64,000 nucleotides of DNA from Desulfitobacteriaceae bacterium (GCA_028704155.1 JAQVLN010000001.1:23-64022), one strand, 5' to 3'. Shown: positions 9,396 to 24,101, numbered from the stretch's first letter. The notes: a model not told the origin generated them from the letters alone. Numbers and translations: made by a program.

Positions 9396-10646
9396 TTAGT
9401 CCACTCGCTTGATCTTTACACCAATATTCGAAAGTTTCTCCACGAGCTTTTCGTACCCTCTATCAATATGGTGAATCTCCGTAATTTCAGTTGTGCCTTC
9501 AGCAACAATTGCCGCTAAAATTAAGGCTGCTCCTGCTCTTAAATCCGTAGCTTTAACGGGAGCTCCGGTTAAACGCTCTACTCCTCGGATCAAGGCGCTA
9601 CGGCCTTCAATTTTTATTTTTGCACCCATTCTTTTTAATTCATCAACATGCATGAATCTGTTTTCAAAAACAGTTTCAGTTAAAATCGCAGAACCACGAG
9701 CTTTACAAAGTAAAGCTAGAAAAGGTGCTTGAAGATCAGTCGGAAAACCAGGATGAACCTGAGTTTTCAAATCTACAGCCTGATAAATACCATTACCTTT
9801 AACCCTGATCCCATCTTCTTCTTCAAAAAAGTTTATTCCCGCTTCTTCCATCTTAGCCAGGGCAGATTTAAGATGAGCTGAAATAACATTACGTACTAAT
9901 ACATCCCCTCCTGCGGCAGCGGCCATTAGTATAAAACTCCCTGCTTCAATTCTGTCAGGAATAATACAATGGCTGGTACCATGCATTTCCTTAACACCTT
10001 CGATATGGATTACACTTGTTCCAGCTCCACGGACCCTGCCGCCTATCTCATTTAGAAAATTAGCAAGATCTACTATTTCTGGTTCTTGTGCAGCATTTTG
10101 GAGAATAGTTGTTCCCTTTGCCATTGAAGCGGCCATCATAATATTTTCGGTAGCACCAACACTAGGAAAATCCAAATAGATACTTGCCCCATGCAGTCCC
10201 TTTGTCGTTACATCAAGGTATCCATGATCCATTCTTATTTCTGCACCTAAAGCTTCAAGCCCTTTAAGGTGCAAATTTATTGGCCGGGAACCAATGGTAC
10301 ATCCACCCGGATGTGAAATTCTGACATGACCCTTCCGAGCTAAAACTGCCCCCATAATATATGTAGAAGCCCTCATCTGGGAAACTAATTCGTGCGGTGC
10401 CTCAATATTATCTATCGTATCAGCATGAATTCTCAAATACGAGCCTTCACGTTTTATCTTTGCCCCTAGTGATTCAATCACTAGTCCCATTATATTTACG
10501 TCCAGCAGATCCGGAGCTTCTTCTAGAAACACTGGTTCTGCAGTCAGTAAACTGGCAGCTAAAATAGGCAGAACAGCATTTTTTGCTCCACTTACCGTTA
10601 TTGTACCCTTAAGTTGTGTTCCACCTGTTACAATAATTTTGCTCAA
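9396..10646 (-). CDS. murA: UDP-N-acetylglucosamine 1-carboxyvinyltransferase
   Basis: 416 aa. G..L.G.I.VSGAKNAVLPILAASLL, active-site Cys context HPGGCTIGSRPI.LHL. Position after the atp operon matches B. subtilis murAA. Confidence 0.95.
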   Translation of the reverse strand: MSKIIVTGGTQLKGTITVSGAKNAVLPILAASLLTAEPVFLEEAPDLLDVNIMGLVIESLGAKIKREGSYLRIHADTIDNIEAPHELVSQMRASTYIMGAVLARKGHVRISHPGGCTIGSRPINLHLKGLEALGAEIRMDHGYLDVTTKGLHGASIYLDFPSVGATENIMMAASMAKGTTILQNAAQEPEIVDLANFLNEIGGRVRGAGTSVIHIEGVKEMHGTSHCIIPDRIEAGSFILMAAAAGGDVLVRNVISAHLKSALAKMEEAGINFFEEEDGIRVKGNGIYQAVDLKTQVHPGFPTDLQAPFLALLCKARGSAILTETVFENRFMHVDELKRMGAKIKIEGRSALIRGVERLTGAPVKATDLRAGAALILAAIVAEGTTEITEIHHIDRGYEKLVEKLSNIGVKIKRVD

Positions 10647-10766
10647 GTCTTTAATTCACCCCCAACCTATGCATCCCTCGACCATCAATAATTCTCCTTT
10701 AATTTGCTTTTTCCTGCAAGGTTAATGCAAAAATGAATCATTAGTCCTGGTTTTTATCATAATTTG

Positions 10767-11432
10767 CTAAAACTCATCGATTAATACTGGTAAAGCCAAG
10801 ACGGATTGTTTATGTCCCTTAGAGGTATTTGTCAGTAACTGTATGTTAACCTTATCTTTACCTGCATAGATTTTATTACCCAAGCCAGATTTGAGGGCTG
10901 TTACTGATAAAGTGTTTTCGTTTAACATCCATTGCTGTGGTTTTGCTCCTGATTTACTAAGAAAAGCAACTATATCTATGTTATCATAAATTCTTTCATC
11001 AAGATAAACTTGCCCTCCGCAATCCCTAATCTTATTAGAATATTGATAATACCACTTTTTTAATTCAAATTCTTTAATTCTATCAACTTTTGTTCTGCCA
11101 ACCAAGCTTATTATCTTTTTTCCATCATTAGTAAAAGATTTTTCCCAAAGCCAATTACCCGCAGGTAAGTTTTCGCTGATCTGTGTGCTCAAGTCCTGAT
11201 TCTTATACCAAATCACAAGCTTGACTTCCGCCTCCTGGACATCGCTGGAATATTCTAACAACCAGGGATTTGAGGTGTATGTTTTTCCCGGATTATTCTG
11301 AAATCCAATCAGATTAAACATAATAAAAGTCAGCACCAAAATTATTACATATAGCTTAAATTGGGATTTTTCATTACATCTAATAGAATTCTTCAAAGCA
11401 CTCACAATTTTACCTCTTTGTTTCAAAATCAA
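10767..11432 (-). CDS. YwmB-like protein (TATA-box-binding-like fold family), function unknown
   Basis: 221 aa with an N-terminal TM segment. It occupies the slot between atpC and murA that ywmB occupies in Bacillus. The call rests on synteny plus weak similarity. Confidence 0.45.
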   Translation of the reverse strand: MILKQRGKIVSALKNSIRCNEKSQFKLYVIILVLTFIMFNLIGFQNNPGKTYTSNPWLLEYSSDVQEAEVKLVIWYKNQDLSTQISENLPAGNWLWEKSFTNDGKKIISLVGRTKVDRIKEFELKKWYYQYSNKIRDCGGQVYLDERIYDNIDIVAFLSKSGAKPQQWMLNENTLSVTALKSGLGNKIYAGKDKVNIQLLTNTSKGHKQSVLALPVLIDEF

Positions 11433-11590
11433 ATAAGAAAGTTACTTTTCATTATTCTTTCCAATTAAGGATAAAAGCAAAACAAAAACTTATAAAATTA
11501 TTAAAGTTTTCTTCGTTCTTATAGCCGAAGTTTGTAGATAATTACAAAGAGCCCTCAAGTTCGGGCTCTTTGTATTCGCATTGGAGTAAT

Positions 11591-11640
11591 AAAAAAGGAC
11601 TGTACCACTTAGAACTCCTGGTTCTAGTCTGACAGTCCCT
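11591..11640 (-). terminator. atp operon terminator
   Basis: Minus-strand RNA forms a long interrupted hairpin: GGACUGU...ACAGUCC outer stem and UAGAAC/GUUCUA inner stem. It is followed by UUUUUUAUU, about 70 nt after the atpC stop. Confidence 0.6.
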
Positions 11641-11707
11641 TAAATTTATTAATATATTCTTAATAAGCTTGCATGCTCAATTAAACTAAATTTTTGCAAA
11701 GCTTATT

Positions 11708-12109
11708 TTATTTTTCTGCGGCACTAATCCGCGCTAGTGCCCTGCGTAATGCAAACTCAGCCCTTTTAATATCGGTTTCCTCTGCCTTAAGACTAAGTCG
11801 TTTTTCAGCACGATCTTTCGCAGCTATAGCACGATCCAGATCAATCATTTCACCTTTTTCCGCTGTATCAGCCAGAATTGTTGCTTGATTATCGGCAACT
11901 TCGACAAATCCACCGGATAAAGCTATTTTCTTTTTGCCGCCGTTAACATTATAACGCAAAACACCCGTATTTATTCCGGCAATCAGAGGAGCATGATTAG
12001 GTAAAAATCCAAGTTCTCCATCTTCACCGGGCACGAGCACAAATTCTACGTCTTCCTGAAGAACCTCGCCCTCAGGGGTAACTACCCGCAGTTCAAATGT
12101 ATTTGCCAT
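11708..12109 (-). CDS. atpC: F1 ATP synthase epsilon subunit
   Basis: 133 aa; V.TPEG......V..V..PG..GE.G.L..H.P pattern; last gene of the atp operon. Confidence 0.9.
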   Translation of the reverse strand: MANTFELRVVTPEGEVLQEDVEFVLVPGEDGELGFLPNHAPLIAGINTGVLRYNVNGGKKKIALSGGFVEVADNQATILADTAEKGEMIDLDRAIAAKDRAEKRLSLKAEETDIKRAEFALRRALARISAAEK

Positions 12110-12112
12110 GGC

Positions 12113-14400
<2,288 letters not shown>

Positions 14401-14415
14401 CTACTCCTTATAAAT

Positions 14416-15933
<1,518 letters not shown>

Positions 15934-15968
15934 TCACCCCTATTCCCTGAGGTTATTTTCTTTGCTCA

Positions 15969-16499
15969 TCAACCTAATTTTTCCCGTATCCGGTTAAGTG
16001 AGCAAGCTACACTGCCATCAAATACCCGGTCGCCAACCTGTACCAATGCCCCCCCGATTAATTCGGAGCGCATTTCACTGACCAGGCGAATATTTTTACC
16101 GGTTAAACGAGCGAGTTGTTTTTTCAGTCGTTCTGTTTGATCAGTGCTTAATGGCGTGGCACTAACCACTTTTGCCTCAACAATCTGCTGGGCTTCATCG
16201 GCCAGTCTGGCAAATTCCTGTTGAATCGGCTTCAGAAAATTCTGCCGCCGCCTATCGATCAGCAAGAAAAGAAAATTTTGCATTATCTCACTGATATTGC
16301 CTTCAAAGATCATATTAATGAAAGCCTTCTTCTCGGTTAAGGAAATATGAGGATGGTGCAAAACCCGAGAAATTTCCTCGTGTTCTTCAATAATTTGCGT
16401 TAACTCCCTGAATTCCTTATCAAAATCATCCACTGAAGTTTTAATCGCAATCTCAAATAAGGCTTGCGCATACCTCTGAGCTAAGGCTCCACTTAACAT
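15969..16499 (-). CDS. atpH: F1 ATP synthase delta (OSCP) subunit
   Basis: 176 aa; A.RYA.ALF..A start and operon position between atpF and atpA. Confidence 0.85.
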   Translation of the reverse strand: MLSGALAQRYAQALFEIAIKTSVDDFDKEFRELTQIIEEHEEISRVLHHPHISLTEKKAFINMIFEGNISEIMQNFLFLLIDRRRQNFLKPIQQEFARLADEAQQIVEAKVVSATPLSTDQTERLKKQLARLTGKNIRLVSEMRSELIGGALVQVGDRVFDGSVACSLNRIREKLG

Positions 16500-16987
16500 G
16501 GCATTTCCCCTACCTCTTGAATAAATTGCTCTATAAGCTTCTCCTGATTGGGCATGTCAAGCTTTTGACGTATGATTTTTTCTGCTACGGCAACCGATAA
16601 ATCAGCCACTTGAGCTTTAACCTCTAAAATAGCCCGGTCACGTTCACGTTCGATATCAACGAGAGCTGCTTTCTTGATTTTCTCGGATTCTTCGTGAGCT
16701 AAAGCTAATATTTCTGCCGTACGCTCTTCACTTACTTTAGTCGCCCTAGCAATAAGATCCTGAGCTTCATGCCTGGCCTGGCGCATTTCTTCCTGATATT
16801 CTTGTTTGATTTTCTCAGCTTGTTGCCGTTCTTCCTGTGCTTGAATTAAGTTATTTTCAATATTAATACGCCGTTTTTCCATCATATTCATTAAAGGCTT
16901 CCAAGCAAATTTACCGAGAATCCACACAAGCAGCAAGAAAGATATAATCTGCACAACCAAAGTAGCATCAAAGTGTAGAATGTCCAT
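16493..16987 (-). CDS. atpF: Fo ATP synthase subunit b
   Basis: 164 aa; one N-terminal TM segment followed by a long charged coiled coil; operon position. Confidence 0.85.
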   Translation of the reverse strand: MDILHFDATLVVQIISFLLLVWILGKFAWKPLMNMMEKRRINIENNLIQAQEERQQAEKIKQEYQEEMRQARHEAQDLIARATKVSEERTAEILALAHEESEKIKKAALVDIERERDRAILEVKAQVADLSVAVAEKIIRQKLDMPNQEKLIEQFIQEVGEMPC

Positions 16988-17097
16988 CGTTTACCCCCTC
17001 TCTTGTCAGTTCGCCACGGAAGGATTTTTTCAAGGGGGAACTTCCGTCCCCCCTCGTTCTTAGCGGGCATAAGACAATTCTTCACCCACAATAGGAC

Positions 17098-17367
<270 letters not shown>

Positions 17368-17475
17368 TCAGTACGAATAGCACTGATAAAGGACAGCAAA
17401 TAACAGAGGTCAGAATTCAAAGGCCTAAGGCCTCAAGCCTGACATCTTAAAATTTGAAACTAATATAACAAGGTT

Positions 17476-18246
17476 TTAATGACTTTCTGTAACTGCCTGA
17501 CCTATGTAGGCAGTTGTGAGCACCGTAAAAACAAATGCCTGAATTGTACCGATAAAGATACTGAACGCCAACCAGACAGTATCCGGAAGAGCAGCAGGGA
17601 AGGCCCAAATATCGTAACTTTCAGGCATCTTTAAGATTACTTTAATCAAAACCTCGCCTGCAAAGATATTACCGAATAGACGGAAAGCCAGTGTCATCGG
17701 TTTAGAAAGCAAGTCAATGACATGGATAGGGAAAAATACCGGGATTGGCTCGAAAAAATGTTTGAAATAGTTCACTCCCTTATGTTTAATACCAAGGAAT
17801 AAAACCAAAGTAATACTCAGAAGCGCCAAACCAATAGTTGTGTTAACATCAGCTGTCGGTGACATTAAGCTTGGTCCTTCAAATATCTTATTGAGCTGAC
17901 CAGCTTCAACCCCAAAATGTTCAAATAAGTTAAATGTTATATTTGGTATTAGTCCAAGCATATTAGAGAAGAAAATGAACATAATCAGAGTTACCAGGTA
18001 ACTTAATAACGGTCGTCCTTTTTCATAACTCATGTTATCTGAGATTAGTTTTCGAACAAAGTCGATAATCCACTCCAGGATATTCTGCATCTTTCCGGGT
18101 TTACCACTTGTCAAATGACGCACCCCTAAAAAACAGAAAATTAACATGAAGGCAATTACAATCCAAGTCATTGTTAATGTCTTTGCGTGGAACGTTAAAT
18201 TGTTAAAATGCCAGAGAATTAATTCTTCTTCCATATCTGTTATCAC
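17476..18246 (-). CDS. atpB: Fo ATP synthase subunit a
   Basis: 256 aa polytopic protein; LAFRLFGNIFAGE contains the conserved Arg. Confidence 0.93.
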   Translation of the reverse strand: MITDMEEELILWHFNNLTFHAKTLTMTWIVIAFMLIFCFLGVRHLTSGKPGKMQNILEWIIDFVRKLISDNMSYEKGRPLLSYLVTLIMFIFFSNMLGLIPNITFNLFEHFGVEAGQLNKIFEGPSLMSPTADVNTTIGLALLSITLVLFLGIKHKGVNYFKHFFEPIPVFFPIHVIDLLSKPMTLAFRLFGNIFAGEVLIKVILKMPESYDIWAFPAALPDTVWLAFSIFIGTIQAFVFTVLTTAYIGQAVTESH

Positions 18247-18599
18247 CCCTTTCTGTTTAAATTATGCCGCCTCATTATAAATATCAGGGATAGCGGAATC
18301 CCAACTGCTATTCCTAGTACCAAGCTGGGAAGCCAAGCCCTTTGAAACAGGGCAATCCCGACGACAATCAAAGACAGGATGCCTAAACGCACCAGGAAGC
18401 TAAGACTCATGCGTTTAAGCGCTTCAGGTAAATTTCCCTGTACGGAACGAACGGTATCACGATAAAGAAGTTCAGAATTAAAGAAACCTAACCAGTAACC
18501 GAACAATGCTCCAAACCAGGTTCTATCGCCGGTAAATGTAATTGCCAGAAGTATACAGACAGTGCCGCCATATAAACCTGCTTTATGAATCTTCATCAT
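18243..18599 (-). CDS. atpI: ATP synthase protein I (AtpI family)
   Basis: 118-aa small membrane protein immediately upstream of and overlapping atpB (ATGA-type coupling). Confidence 0.65.
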   Translation of the reverse strand: MMKIHKAGLYGGTVCILLAITFTGDRTWFGALFGYWLGFFNSELLYRDTVRSVQGNLPEALKRMSLSFLVRLGILSLIVVGIALFQRAWLPSLVLGIAVGIPLSLIFIMRRHNLNRKG

Positions 18600-18816
18600 C
18601 AGTTTTCCCGAGTTTAATAAGGGTTATCACTATATTTACTCCTCCGAATATTACCCCGGCAAGTATCAATATTAGTTGCATTATGGGACGAGTTCCCCAA
18701 AGCAAATCCAAATACCGGCCCAGAAAAAAACCGCCTAATACCAATCCCGCTAAAGTCGATGCAACACTTGTTCCAAACACAACTGCCTTTAGCAAGGCTT
18801 TGCGGTTTTCTATCAT
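18583..18816 (-). CDS. atpZ: AtpZ/AtpR-like small membrane protein (putative F0F1-ATPase associated)
   Basis: 77 aa with two TM helices; first gene of the atp cluster; overlaps atpI. Confidence 0.55.
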   Translation of the reverse strand: MIENRKALLKAVVFGTSVASTLAGLVLGGFFLGRYLDLLWGTRPIMQLILILAGVIFGGVNIVITLIKLGKTDDEDS

Positions 18817-18912
18817 AATTAATTCATCCTTATGAGTTCATTCTTGATATTCAAGCTGACTATAATAGTATTCGTCAAGCAACTCCAAATTCCTGCCATT
18901 CGATCTGGAGTT

Positions 18913-20085
18913 TTAACAATTTTCAAAATTTTCGTTTTTATCAGAAACTATATCTAAACTTTCGACTTTTTTTTCGATAATGACTGCGATTTTCTCGGCT
19001 GCCCGGCCTTCTCCGTATGGATTTATACTCATAGCCATAGCCTGATACGCCCGTTTATCCTTTAATAACCAGTCCAATTCCGCAAATACTTTTGAATATG
19101 CGGTGCCCACCAGGGAAACTGTCCCGGCAGTAACCGCCTCGGGGCGCTCTGTTGTATCCCTGACCACAAGGACTGGTTTGCCCAAGGAAGGAGCTTCTTC
19201 CTGAATTCCACCCGAATCCGTCAGAATAAGATAAGCCTTAGCCATTAAATTAACAAATGGTTCATAATCCAAAGGTTCAATCAAATGCACCCTGGAGTTG
19301 GTCCCCAAAACTTCAGCCACAACTTCACGGACTTTGGGGTTTTTATGTACCGGAAAAATAATATAAGTATCCGGATATAAAACCAGGATATCCGCTAAAG
19401 CACGGTAAATCTGGCGCATTGGTTCTCCCAGGTTTTCCCGTCGATGGGTAGTAACCATTATCAACCGTCGGCCTTTTTCTTTTTCCAGAATCATACGGAT
19501 TTCTTCATCTGCAAAAATATATTCTTGTTTAACAGTAGACAAAAGAGCATCGATCACAGTATTGCCTGTTACGAAAATATGATCTGACTGTATTCCTTCA
19601 TTCAGAAGATTATCTCTGGCAACAGGTGTTGGCGCAAAGTGAAAATCCGTTAGGCTGCCCGTAAGTTTACGGTTCATCTCTTCCGGAAACGGAGAATATT
19701 TATTTCCGGTGCGCAAACCTGCTTCAACATGGCCTACAGGTATTTTAGAATAAAAAGCTGCCAATGATGCAGCGAAGGTAGTAGTAGTATCCCCATGAAC
19801 CAGGACCATCTCCGGGCAATCCTGTTGAAATACTTCATTTAACCCCGTTAATGCTCTTGTTGTAACCTCTATCAAGGTTTGTCCCGGTCTCATAATATTG
19901 AGATCAAAATCCGGTTTGATCTGGAATAATTGCATAACCTGATCAAGCATTTCTCTATGTTGAGCTGTTACGGTAACCCGACATTGTATCTTATCCCTTT
20001 TGTTGAGGGCCAGTATAACCGGAGCCATCTTTATCGCTTCCGGGCGGGTTCCAAACACAACCATAATCTTCCGCAGATCTGACAA
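18913..20085 (-). CDS. mnaA: UDP-N-acetylglucosamine 2-epimerase (non-hydrolysing)
   Basis: 390 aa; VFGTRPEAIKMAPV...HVEAGLRT...TDSGGIQEEAPSLGKPVLV.R..TERPE is the WecB/MnaA signature. Confidence 0.92.
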   Translation of the reverse strand: MSDLRKIMVVFGTRPEAIKMAPVILALNKRDKIQCRVTVTAQHREMLDQVMQLFQIKPDFDLNIMRPGQTLIEVTTRALTGLNEVFQQDCPEMVLVHGDTTTTFAASLAAFYSKIPVGHVEAGLRTGNKYSPFPEEMNRKLTGSLTDFHFAPTPVARDNLLNEGIQSDHIFVTGNTVIDALLSTVKQEYIFADEEIRMILEKEKGRRLIMVTTHRRENLGEPMRQIYRALADILVLYPDTYIIFPVHKNPKVREVVAEVLGTNSRVHLIEPLDYEPFVNLMAKAYLILTDSGGIQEEAPSLGKPVLVVRDTTERPEAVTAGTVSLVGTAYSKVFAELDWLLKDKRAYQAMAMSINPYGEGRAAEKIAVIIEKKVESLDIVSDKNENFENC

Positions 20086-20166
20086 CTTACATCTTCCTTC
20101 CTGCTATCGTTTAACTAGTATCATACCTGTATAGCAACAATTTTTTCCGATAACAAATACCTATGT

Positions 20167-20658
20167 TCAATAATATGGGATAAGTTCTAAGCCTGATTCT
20201 TCAGCAATCTCCATGGCCATCGAATCAGGGTAAGGGCTTGCATAGACCACCCTTTTTATTCCCGTGTTTATAATCATTTTTGTACAAAGCACACATGGTT
20301 GGACAGATGTGTACAGATCCGCCCCTTCAATAGCTACTCCATGCCTGGCTGCTTGCAGCAAAGCATTTTGTTCAGCATGGACTGCCCGGCAAATTTCGGT
20401 GCGTTCACCGGACAAAATATTCAGGACCTGGCGCAGGCACCCAACCTCAACGCAATGTTTAAGTCCGGAGGGGCTACCATTATAACCCGTACTTAAAATC
20501 TGCTTGTCTTTGACAATGACAGCGCCGACCTGGCGGCGCAGGCAGGTAGACCTTCCAGCTACCAACTGCGCAATTTGCATAAAATAACTATCCCAGCTCG
20601 GGCGCTCCGACTTATCCATCTTCTCTTTCCCATCGTATATTTTTTTGGCCCTAGCCAT
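20167..20658 (-). CDS. comEB: dCMP deaminase (ComEB-type cytidine/deoxycytidylate deaminase)
   Basis: Zinc motifs HAEQNAL and PCVLCTKMI with the W..YFM..A N-terminus. The start may instead be the internal ATG at 20619. Confidence 0.85.
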   Translation of the reverse strand: MARAKKIYDGKEKMDKSERPSWDSYFMQIAQLVAGRSTCLRRQVGAVIVKDKQILSTGYNGSPSGLKHCVEVGCLRQVLNILSGERTEICRAVHAEQNALLQAARHGVAIEGADLYTSVQPCVLCTKMIINTGIKRVVYASPYPDSMAMEIAEESGLELIPYY

Positions 20659-21910
20659 TATTACAGTAAAGGGGGAATTCAGCGCACAGGGCCCCGACTA
20701 TCCGTCTTGCTTCTGTCAGTTTTTCGTTTGTGTCATTTTTTGAGGTTAAAGCCAGATCAATAGCCACAGCGATGCGTTCCATCGCTTCCGGAGTCATTCC
20801 CCGGGTTGTTACCGCAGGTGTTCCGATACGTATTCCACTTGTTACAAACGGACTGGCTTTATCGAATGGTATCGTGTTTTTATTAACGGTTATGCCAACT
20901 TCATCAAGAATACGTTCGGCATCTTTTCCTGTTAAATCCTTGGGCTGGACATCAATAAGCACAAGATGGTTATCCGTCCCGCCCGATACTAAACGAAATC
21001 CTTTGTTACTCAATGACTTTGCCAAAGCCTGGGCATTTTCTATAGTACGTTGTTGATAAAGAATAAATTCAGGCTGGAGAGCTTCAGCGAAAGCTACTGC
21101 CTTAGCAGCAATAACATGCATTAACGGGCCGCCTTGTATACCAGGGAAAACAGCTTTATCAATTTTTTGGGCATATTCAGACTGACAGAGTATCAGGCCT
21201 CCCCTGGGACCACGCAGCGTTTTATGTGTAGTAGAGGTTACAATTTGGGCATAGGGAATTGGGCTCGGATGAAGTCCTGCGGCAACCAGTCCGGCAATGT
21301 GGGCCATATCCACCATAAAGAGCGCTCCTGCTTCATCAGCAATCTCCCTTAACCAGGCAAAATCAATAATCCGGGGATAAGCACTGGCTCCTGCCACAAT
21401 TAATTTAGGATGGTGCTCATGGGCTAATTTTCTTACGTGTTCATAATCCAGCTGCTCTGTCACAGGATCTACACCGTAAGGAACGAAATTAAAATACATG
21501 CCCGAAATGTTAACCGGGCTGCCATGTGTCAAATGTCCGCCATGTGTCAAATTCATACCGAGAACTGTATCACCCGGTCGCAAAACAGCAAAATATACCG
21601 CAGTGTTTGCCTGGGCTCCGGAATGAGGCTGAACATTGGCATGGTCTGCGCCAAAGATTTTCTTTACCCGTTCACGGGCCAAATCTTCAACTATATCGAC
21701 ATATTCACAACCGCCATAATAACGTTTGGCCGGATATCCTTCTGCATATTTATTGGTAAGTACAGATCCCTGGGCAGCCATGACCGCCCGACTGACAAAA
21801 TTCTCCGAAGCAATTAACTCTATCTTATACCGCTGGCGTTTTTCTTCTTGCTCAATTGCCTCAGCTACCTCGGGATCTTGTTGAAGAATCCATTGTTTAA
21901 TATAATCCAT
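20651..21910 (-). CDS. glyA: serine hydroxymethyltransferase
   Basis: [28 protein letters not shown]; PLP lysine context [18 protein letters not shown] lies 7 nt before the ATG at 21910. Confidence 0.96.
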   Translation of the reverse strand: MDYIKQWILQQDPEVAEAIEQEEKRQRYKIELIASENFVSRAVMAAQGSVLTNKYAEGYPAKRYYGGCEYVDIVEDLARERVKKIFGADHANVQPHSGAQANTAVYFAVLRPGDTVLGMNLTHGGHLTHGSPVNISGMYFNFVPYGVDPVTEQLDYEHVRKLAHEHHPKLIVAGASAYPRIIDFAWLREIADEAGALFMVDMAHIAGLVAAGLHPSPIPYAQIVTSTTHKTLRGPRGGLILCQSEYAQKIDKAVFPGIQGGPLMHVIAAKAVAFAEALQPEFILYQQRTIENAQALAKSLSNKGFRLVSGGTDNHLVLIDVQPKDLTGKDAERILDEVGITVNKNTIPFDKASPFVTSGIRIGTPAVTTRGMTPEAMERIAVAIDLALTSKNDTNEKLTEARRIVGALCAEFPLYCNNG

Positions 21911-22054
21911 TCTATTATTCCTCACTCCTATAAGACAAATATTTATAAAGGTTCAACCCTGCGGCACATTTGCAGCTTTACGGGTAAATTGCCCGGGCAC
22001 CACCTGCATTTAAAGCAGGCAAAACAGTCACTTGCTCAAGCTTATTCCACCCTC

Positions 22055-22504
22055 CTAAATTTTCTCACCACGCTCTACCGCCACCATTAGTTCCAACCTT
22101 TTGCTGTGCCTGCCACCGGCAAAATCAGTATTGAGAAACACATCAACGATATCTAAAGCCACACCAACTCCTGTAATCCGCCCACCTAAAGCAAGAATAT
22201 TTGCGTTATTGTGCTCCCTCGACATACGTGCCGAATAAGTTTCTGTACATACTGCCGCTCTGATTCCGGGCAATTTATTAGCAGTCATTGCAATACCTTG
22301 TCCGGTACCACAAATAACAATCCCAAAATCAACTCGACCACTAAGAAGAGCTTGTCCGACTGTATATCCAAAAAGCGGATAATCCACCGAATCTGTGGAG
22401 TTTGTTCCACAATCCAGCACTTCAATTCCTTTGCTCCGCAAATATTTATCCACCTCATTCTTCAACTGAAAACCGCCATGATCCGAACCCAAGGCTACTT
22501 TCAC
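22055..22504 (-). CDS. rpiB: ribose-5-phosphate isomerase B (LacAB/RpiB family)
   Basis: VALGSDHGGF.LK......L...G.E..D.G...CGTG.G..M.ANK. Probable GTG start at 22504, preceded by AGAGGTG. Confidence 0.88.
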   Translation of the reverse strand: MKVALGSDHGGFQLKNEVDKYLRSKGIEVLDCGTNSTDSVDYPLFGYTVGQALLSGRVDFGIVICGTGQGIAMTANKLPGIRAAVCTETYSARMSREHNNANILALGGRITGVGVALDIVDVFLNTDFAGGRHSKRLELMVAVERGEKI

Positions 22505-22588
22505 CAGGAACACCTCTGCTTTGCTTGTTTTTCTTTTCATTCTACATATTATGACAAATTCCTGCCTGAATGATAGATTAACATAATC

Positions 22589-23026
22589 TTACTCCATGCT
22601 CTCTTTTAAAAACAACAATAACTCTGAAATCATTTGAGCACTTTTTCGATAAGATTCCACAGATCCACCCCAAGGGTCAGATATATCGCACCCTTGTTCT
22701 CCCCAGGCGCCTAAATAACGAACCTTTGCTTTGTATTGAGGAAAAAGCTGATTTATCCTCCGTTCGTGAGCCTGAGTCATCGGAATTACCCAATCCACCC
22801 AGTCTAACAGTTCCTCTGTGATCATCTGAGACCGGTGTTCATTAATATCAATTCCCATTTCATTCATAACAGTTATTGCTTGAGCGCTGGCAGTCATACC
22901 TTCCCCGGCCGCTAGTCCAGCCGAGTATAGTTCTTTTTCCTCCCCCAATATTACCTTTGCCAGTCCTTCAGCCATAGGACTTCGACAAGTATTTCCGGTG
23001 CAGACAAAAAGTATTTTGGTACTTAT
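22589..23026 (-). CDS. ywlE: low-molecular-weight phosphatase, YwlE-like (predicted protein arginine phosphatase); probable non-canonical ATA start
   Basis: The P-loop KILFVCTGNTCRSPMAEG is encoded in frame upstream of the first ATG (22975). Only 11 sense codons separate the in-frame stop from the catalytic Cys, and none is ATG/GTG/TTG. ATA at 23024-23026 sits 7 nt after AAGGGGGA. Confidence 0.75.
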   Translation of the reverse strand: MSTKILFVCTGNTCRSPMAEGLAKVILGEEKELYSAGLAAGEGMTASAQAITVMNEMGIDINEHRSQMITEELLDWVDWVIPMTQAHERRINQLFPQYKAKVRYLGAWGEQGCDISDPWGGSVESYRKSAQMISELLLFLKESME

Positions 23027-23054
23027 AAAACCATCCCCCTTTTATTGCCAACAG

Positions 23055-24101
23055 CTAGAGTCTGATAATCTTTTGTCCGGCAGCCTTTTGTAAACGATTC
23101 ATAATTGCAGATCCAAGACCGCTTTCCTCTACTCCCTCTGCCAAAATTACTTCGATTCCCTGTTCGTCACACAGTCTCAGGCCTCTGAATAAATTGGCAG
23201 CAACTTCTTCCGGCAGATTCTCGGAACCCAAAACAAAAAGCAGTTCAGGATGCAGATCATGAAACCAGGCTGCACTTTCTGAGGTGCATAATATTCCTAC
23301 TTTCTTAAGATTTCCGTGGGCTTTTTGAGTTTCTTTCAAGATTCGGGAAACAACCTCCTCTTTCGAACCAGAAACAAGCAACATTTCACCGTTGGGGGCA
23401 TAATGCCTGTATTTCATGCCAGGAGCTTTCGGCGCCTGGTTTTCGGTTGGCCGGTCAACCCTGACTTCTCCGAGGACTTTTTCCAGATCTTCTCTGGTAA
23501 TTCCTCCAGGCCTAAGAATCGTTGGTATTTTGCCAGTCAGATCCAGGACAGTAGATTCTAAACCGACCTGACAGTTACCTGCATCTATTATTAATTTAAT
23601 TCGGCCATGTAAATCCTGCCGGACATGATCTGCACTCGTTGGACTTGGTTTTCCCGAGAGATTGGCACTGGGTGCTGCTAGGGGGAGACCGGTCAACTCA
23701 ATCAGGGCCAAGGCAACCCTATGCTTGGGCATCCGGATAGCCACAGTCTCCAAACCACAGGTTACTGTAGCAGGAACCTGGGTCTTTTTAGGTAAAACAA
23801 GGGTCAGTGGACCCGGCCAAAAAAAATGCATGCAAATTTCAGCAAATACATTCCATGACTTAATAACAGTATCAGCTATTGCCCGATTAGCAACGTGGAC
23901 AATCAGAGGATTGTCCTGAGGTCTGCCTTTTACCTGAAAGATCTTGGAACAAGCCTCGGCATCAAGAGCATTTGCTCCCAAACCATATACAGTTTCAGTC
24001 GGGAAAGCAACGAGTTCTCCGGATTTTAATAATTCAGCGGCCTCCGCAAGAACAGTTAAGTCCGGGTTTGTCCGATCCACACGCAATATTTTAGTTTCCA
24101 T
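23055..24101 (-). CDS. tsaC: L-threonylcarbamoyladenylate synthase (Sua5/YwlC type, t6A biosynthesis)
   Basis: 348 aa; VAFPTETVYGLGANA...KGRP..NPLIVH...SANLSGKPSPT, plus a Sua5 C-terminal domain. Confidence 0.9.
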   Translation of the reverse strand: METKILRVDRTNPDLTVLAEAAELLKSGELVAFPTETVYGLGANALDAEACSKIFQVKGRPQDNPLIVHVANRAIADTVIKSWNVFAEICMHFFWPGPLTLVLPKKTQVPATVTCGLETVAIRMPKHRVALALIELTGLPLAAPSANLSGKPSPTSADHVRQDLHGRIKLIIDAGNCQVGLESTVLDLTGKIPTILRPGGITREDLEKVLGEVRVDRPTENQAPKAPGMKYRHYAPNGEMLLVSGSKEEVVSRILKETQKAHGNLKKVGILCTSESAAWFHDLHPELLFVLGSENLPEEVAANLFRGLRLCDEQGIEVILAEGVEESGLGSAIMNRLQKAAGQKIIRL

